DNA of 64,000 nucleotides. Source: Anaeromyxobacteraceae bacterium (lineage in GTDB: Bacteria; Myxococcota; Myxococcia; Myxococcales; Anaeromyxobacteraceae). Under the pieces are notes generated by a model that saw nothing but the letters and a program-made list of their open reading frames with translations, did not search any database and had not been told where the DNA came from. This document shows, piece after piece, positions 61,118-64,000 of this stretch. Made by a program: the position numbers and the translations under genes. The stretch covers positions 96,001 to 160,000 of the forward strand of contig JAULAX010000009.1 of NCBI GenBank assembly GCA_032654565.1, in the 5' to 3' direction. Each line of letters opens with the position of its first letter. Positions within the stretch are counted from its first letter, which is position 1.

Positions 61118-62356
61118 TCACTGCTCGACCTCGCCACCGATCATGTTGATGGAGTCGAAGACGGGGACCAGGTCGGAGAGCAGCGCCCCCTGGAGGATGA
61201 CCGGCAGGGCGGCCAGCATGGGCCAGCCCGGCGCCCGCAGCCCGATCTTGTAGGGGCGGCCGCTGCCGTCGGAGACCAGGTAGAAGCCGAGCTCGCCGTT
61301 GGCCGCCTCGGTGTACCCGTAGGCCTCGCCGGCGGGGACCTGGATGCCCTCCATGATCAGCTTGAAGTGGGCCATGACGCCCTCGATGGTCCCGTAGACC
61401 TCCGGCTTGGGCGGCAGCACGTAGCGGAAGTCGCGCACCACCAGCTCGCCCGGCGCCATGTCGCGCAGGCACTGGCGGACCATCCGGTCCGACTGCTTCA
61501 TCTCCTCGATGCGGACCAGGTAGCGGTCGAAGGTGTCGCCGTTGCTGCCCACCGGGATGTCGAAGTCGAGCCGGTCGTAGACCAGGTAGGGCGCCGCCTT
61601 GCGGATGTCGTAGGGCTCGCCGGAGGCGCGCAGGCAGGGGCCGGTGAAGCCGAGGTCGAGGGCGTCGGCGCGGCTCACCGTGCCCACGCCGCGGGTCCGG
61701 TCCACGAAGATGCGGTTGCGGGTGAGCAGGGCGTCGATCTCGTCGCGGATCAGCACCACCCGGTCCAGGGTGGCCACGGTCTTCTCGCTCCAGCCCTCGG
61801 GGATGTCGCGGGAGACGCCGCCGATGCGCGCGTAGTTGGAGGTGAGCCGGGCGCCGCACAGCTCGGTGAGCCGGTCCCAGAGCAGGTCGCGCCCCTCGAT
61901 GGCGTAGAGGAAGACGGTCATGGCGCCGAGCTCGAGTCCGAGCGCGCCCACCAGCGTCAAATGGTCGCAGATGCGGTGGATCTCGGAGGTGATGGTGCGC
62001 AGGTACTGGGCCCGCTCCGGCACCTCCAGCTTGCAGAGCTTCTCGACCGCCAGCGCGAAGCCGACGTTGTTCATGATCGAGCTGACGTAGTTGAGCCGGT
62101 CGGTGTAGGGGAAGACCTGCGTCCAGGTGACGTTCTCGCAGCTCTTCTCGAAGCCGCGGTGCAGGAAGCCGATGTCGAGCTTGCAGCTGGCGATGTTCTC
62201 GCCCTCCAGCTCCACCACGGCGCGCGCCGTCCCGTGCATGGCCGGGTGCGACGGCCCCAGGTTGACCAGCATGCGCTTCGACGACAGCGGGGCGTCGAGC
62301 TCGCTGGAGCGCGGCGCCGCCACCTGCTTCACCACTTCCTTCACCTCGGTCGACAT
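61118..62356 (-). CDS. nuoD: NADH-quinone oxidoreductase subunit D
   Basis: N.GPSHPA.HG, G.LHRG.EK, DRLNY, E..NGELG. Confidence 0.95.
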   Translation of the reverse strand: MSTEVKEVVKQVAAPRSSELDAPLSSKRMLVNLGPSHPAMHGTARAVVELEGENIASCKLDIGFLHRGFEKSCENVTWTQVFPYTDRLNYVSSIMNNVGFALAVEKLCKLEVPERAQYLRTITSEIHRICDHLTLVGALGLELGAMTVFLYAIEGRDLLWDRLTELCGARLTSNYARIGGVSRDIPEGWSEKTVATLDRVVLIRDEIDALLTRNRIFVDRTRGVGTVSRADALDLGFTGPCLRASGEPYDIRKAAPYLVYDRLDFDIPVGSNGDTFDRYLVRIEEMKQSDRMVRQCLRDMAPGELVVRDFRYVLPPKPEVYGTIEGVMAHFKLIMEGIQVPAGEAYGYTEAANGELGFYLVSDGSGRPYKIGLRAPGWPMLAALPVILQGALLSDLVPVFDSINMIGGEVEQ

Positions 62357-62401
62357 GGAACCTCGCCTGGCGCCGCCTGGCGGCGCCGGTCCAAAGTGCG
62401 G

Positions 62402-62947
62402 CTACTCGCTGCGCTCCGCCGGCCCCGGCCCGCGGAACTGCTCGGCGGGGACTTCCAGCTCCGTCACCAGCGGCTGCCGCCCGCGCAGCGGGTAGTCCTT
62501 GCGCAGCGGGTGGCCGACAAACTCGTCGTACATGTAGAGGCGGCGGTGGTCGGGGTGGCCGGTGAAGGTCAGGCCGTACATGTCGAAGCAGTAGCGCTCG
62601 AACCAGTTGGCGCCGCGCCAGATCCCGCAGACGCTGGGCAGCACCGCGTCGCCCTCGGCCACCTGGACCCGCAGCCGGATCCGCCAGTTGCGGGTGGTGG
62701 AGAGCAGGTTGTAGACCACCTCGAAGCGCGGCTCCCGCCCCAGGTAGTCGACGGCGGTGATGTAGGGCGCCAGGTTGAACTGCATCCCGGGATCGTCGCG
62801 GAGGAACTGGCAGACCTCGAGCAACCGCTCGCGGGTGACCACGGCGACGTCGTCGCCGCCCGGGCCGGTGGCGGCGCCGCTGACGCCGTCCCCGTGGACT
62901 GGATCCTTGAAGCGCTCGACGAGCGCGTCGATGACGGCCTTGGACAT
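62402..62947 (-). CDS. nuoC: NADH-quinone oxidoreductase subunit C
   Basis: TAVDY, RFEVVY.L, ANW.ER...DM.G..F.GHP, GHPLRKDYP. Confidence 0.95.
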   Translation of the reverse strand: MSKAVIDALVERFKDPVHGDGVSGAATGPGGDDVAVVTRERLLEVCQFLRDDPGMQFNLAPYITAVDYLGREPRFEVVYNLLSTTRNWRIRLRVQVAEGDAVLPSVCGIWRGANWFERYCFDMYGLTFTGHPDHRRLYMYDEFVGHPLRKDYPLRGRQPLVTELEVPAEQFRGPGPAERSE

Positions 62948-62959
62948 GGTGGTCCTCGC

Positions 62960-63514
62960 CTACCGCGGCCGCGGCGCCTGCCCGAGCACGGGGAGCGGCC
63001 TGCCTTCGGTGAACTGGTGGTGCTGCCCCTGGATCTTCGCCTGCAGCATCATGATGCCGTCGAGCACCTGCTCCGGCCGCGGCGGGCAGCCGGGGACGTA
63101 GACGTCGACGGGGATGATCCGGTCGATGCCCTGCACGGTGGCGTAGTTGTCGTAGAAGCCGCCCGAGGAGGCGCAGACCCCGAAGGCCATCACCCACTTG
63201 GGCTCGGAGATCGACTCCCAGACCCGGCGCAGGATGGGGGCCTGCTTGCAGTTGACGGTCCCCACCACCATCAGCAGGTCGGCCTGGCGTGGCGAGAAGC
63301 GCGGCAGCGCGGCGCCGAACCGGTCGAGGTCGTAGCGGGCCGCCGCCAGCGTCATGTACTCCATCCCGCAGCAGGCGGTGACGAAGGGGTACTGGAAAAG
63401 AGAATACTTGCGGGCCCAGCCCAGCCCCTGCGAGACCATCTTCTCGAGCGCGCCCATGGCGTCGTCTCGGCGGGTGGGGATGATGCCGGGGATGGCGTCG
63501 AGTTCCGTGGACAT
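62960..63514 (-). CDS. nuoB: NADH-quinone oxidoreductase subunit B
   Basis: ACC..E, SPRQAD, G.CA.SGG, PVD.YVPGCPPRPE. Confidence 0.96.
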   Translation of the reverse strand: MSTELDAIPGIIPTRRDDAMGALEKMVSQGLGWARKYSLFQYPFVTACCGMEYMTLAAARYDLDRFGAALPRFSPRQADLLMVVGTVNCKQAPILRRVWESISEPKWVMAFGVCASSGGFYDNYATVQGIDRIIPVDVYVPGCPPRPEQVLDGIMMLQAKIQGQHHQFTEGRPLPVLGQAPRPR

Positions 63515-63529
63515 GTGTCGGTGCTCCCC

Positions 63530-63898
63530 CTACTCGTTCCAGTCGATGACGCCCTTCTTCCAGACGTAGGCGAGGCCGACGACCAGGGTGGCCACGAAGA
63601 TCAGCATCTCCACGTAGCCAGCCCAGCCCAGCTCGGTGAAGATCACCGCCCAGGGGAAGAGGAAGACCGCCTCGATGTCGAAGACGATGAACAGCAGCGC
63701 GACCACGTAGAACTTGACCCCGAAGCGGTCACGGGCCGACCCGACCGGCACCGACCCGCACTCGAACGGGGCCATCTTGGCCAGGTTGGGCCGGCGTGGG
63801 CCGAGGGTGTTGGCCAGCCCCAGGAGGAGGAAGGCCTGGCCGATCGCGACCAGCAGCACTACACCGATCGGGAAGTAGGTCTGAAGGGGTGTGGGCAT
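63530..63898 (-). CDS. nuoA: NADH-quinone oxidoreductase subunit A
   Basis: K..PFECG, FY.VA.LF.VFDIE..FLFPWA, Y.WKKG. Probable ATG at 63898. Confidence 0.95.
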   Translation of the reverse strand: MPTPLQTYFPIGVVLLVAIGQAFLLLGLANTLGPRRPNLAKMAPFECGSVPVGSARDRFGVKFYVVALLFIVFDIEAVFLFPWAVIFTELGWAGYVEMLIFVATLVVGLAYVWKKGVIDWNE

Positions 63899-63969
63899 GG
63901 GATCGGGAGCTTTCGGGTGGGTCATCCAAATGCCCGCGGCGGTTGATTTCGTCAAGAGAATTCGGACGC

Positions 63970-63997
63970 TTGACAATACGGGGACGATCAGTAGACT
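63970..63997 (+). promoter_or_regulatory. sigma70-type promoter pointing out of the window
   Basis: TTGACA-N16-TAGACT. Confidence 0.5.
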
Positions 63998-64000
63998 CCG

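Noticed and set aside
63943..63955. FNR-like box upstream of nuoA (TTGAT-TTC-GTCAA)
   Set aside because: The spacer is 3 nt rather than the required 4; it may just be overlapping -35 elements.

Overview
A very GC-rich bacterial window. Gene content (PilZ/HDOD proteins, FHA and Ser/Thr kinase proteins, a zinc-ribbon/Pro-rich/AgmX-like protein, a split nuo operon) suggests a myxobacterium such as Anaeromyxobacter; this is inference, not a database result. About 54 real CDSs are present and most are housekeeping: an SNF2 helicase cut off at the window start, a C69 peptidase, glpA-glpB-ferredoxin-lipid kinase, aspS, spoIID-queA-pilZ-tgt-yajC-secD-secF then recJ, two divergent KamA-family radical SAM genes, rel-ridA, dksA divergent from a DacZ-type diadenylate cyclase, moaB, ampG and nuoABCDGHI. 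I found no rRNA, tRNA or CRISPR array. The least explained structure is non-coding. (1) An HNH-nuclease gene (3041-4234) carries an in-frame 30-bp DNA palindrome inside a 57-bp segment that recurs 49 kb away (52/57 identical). It sits next to a ~225-bp rod-like hairpin bounded by 15-bp perfect direct repeats, and it shares a PafBC-like TGTCAG-N10-(-10) promoter layout with recJ. (2) The moaB-ampG spacer holds three 70-bp structured repeats, an IS481-like end and the second copy of the palindrome. (3) A TA-flanked 177-bp MITE follows the diadenylate cyclase gene. Also notable are a REC-adenylate cyclase with a catalytic Asp->Asn change, a frameshifted kelch lipoprotein, and sigma54-like promoters at the PilZ/HDOD genes.
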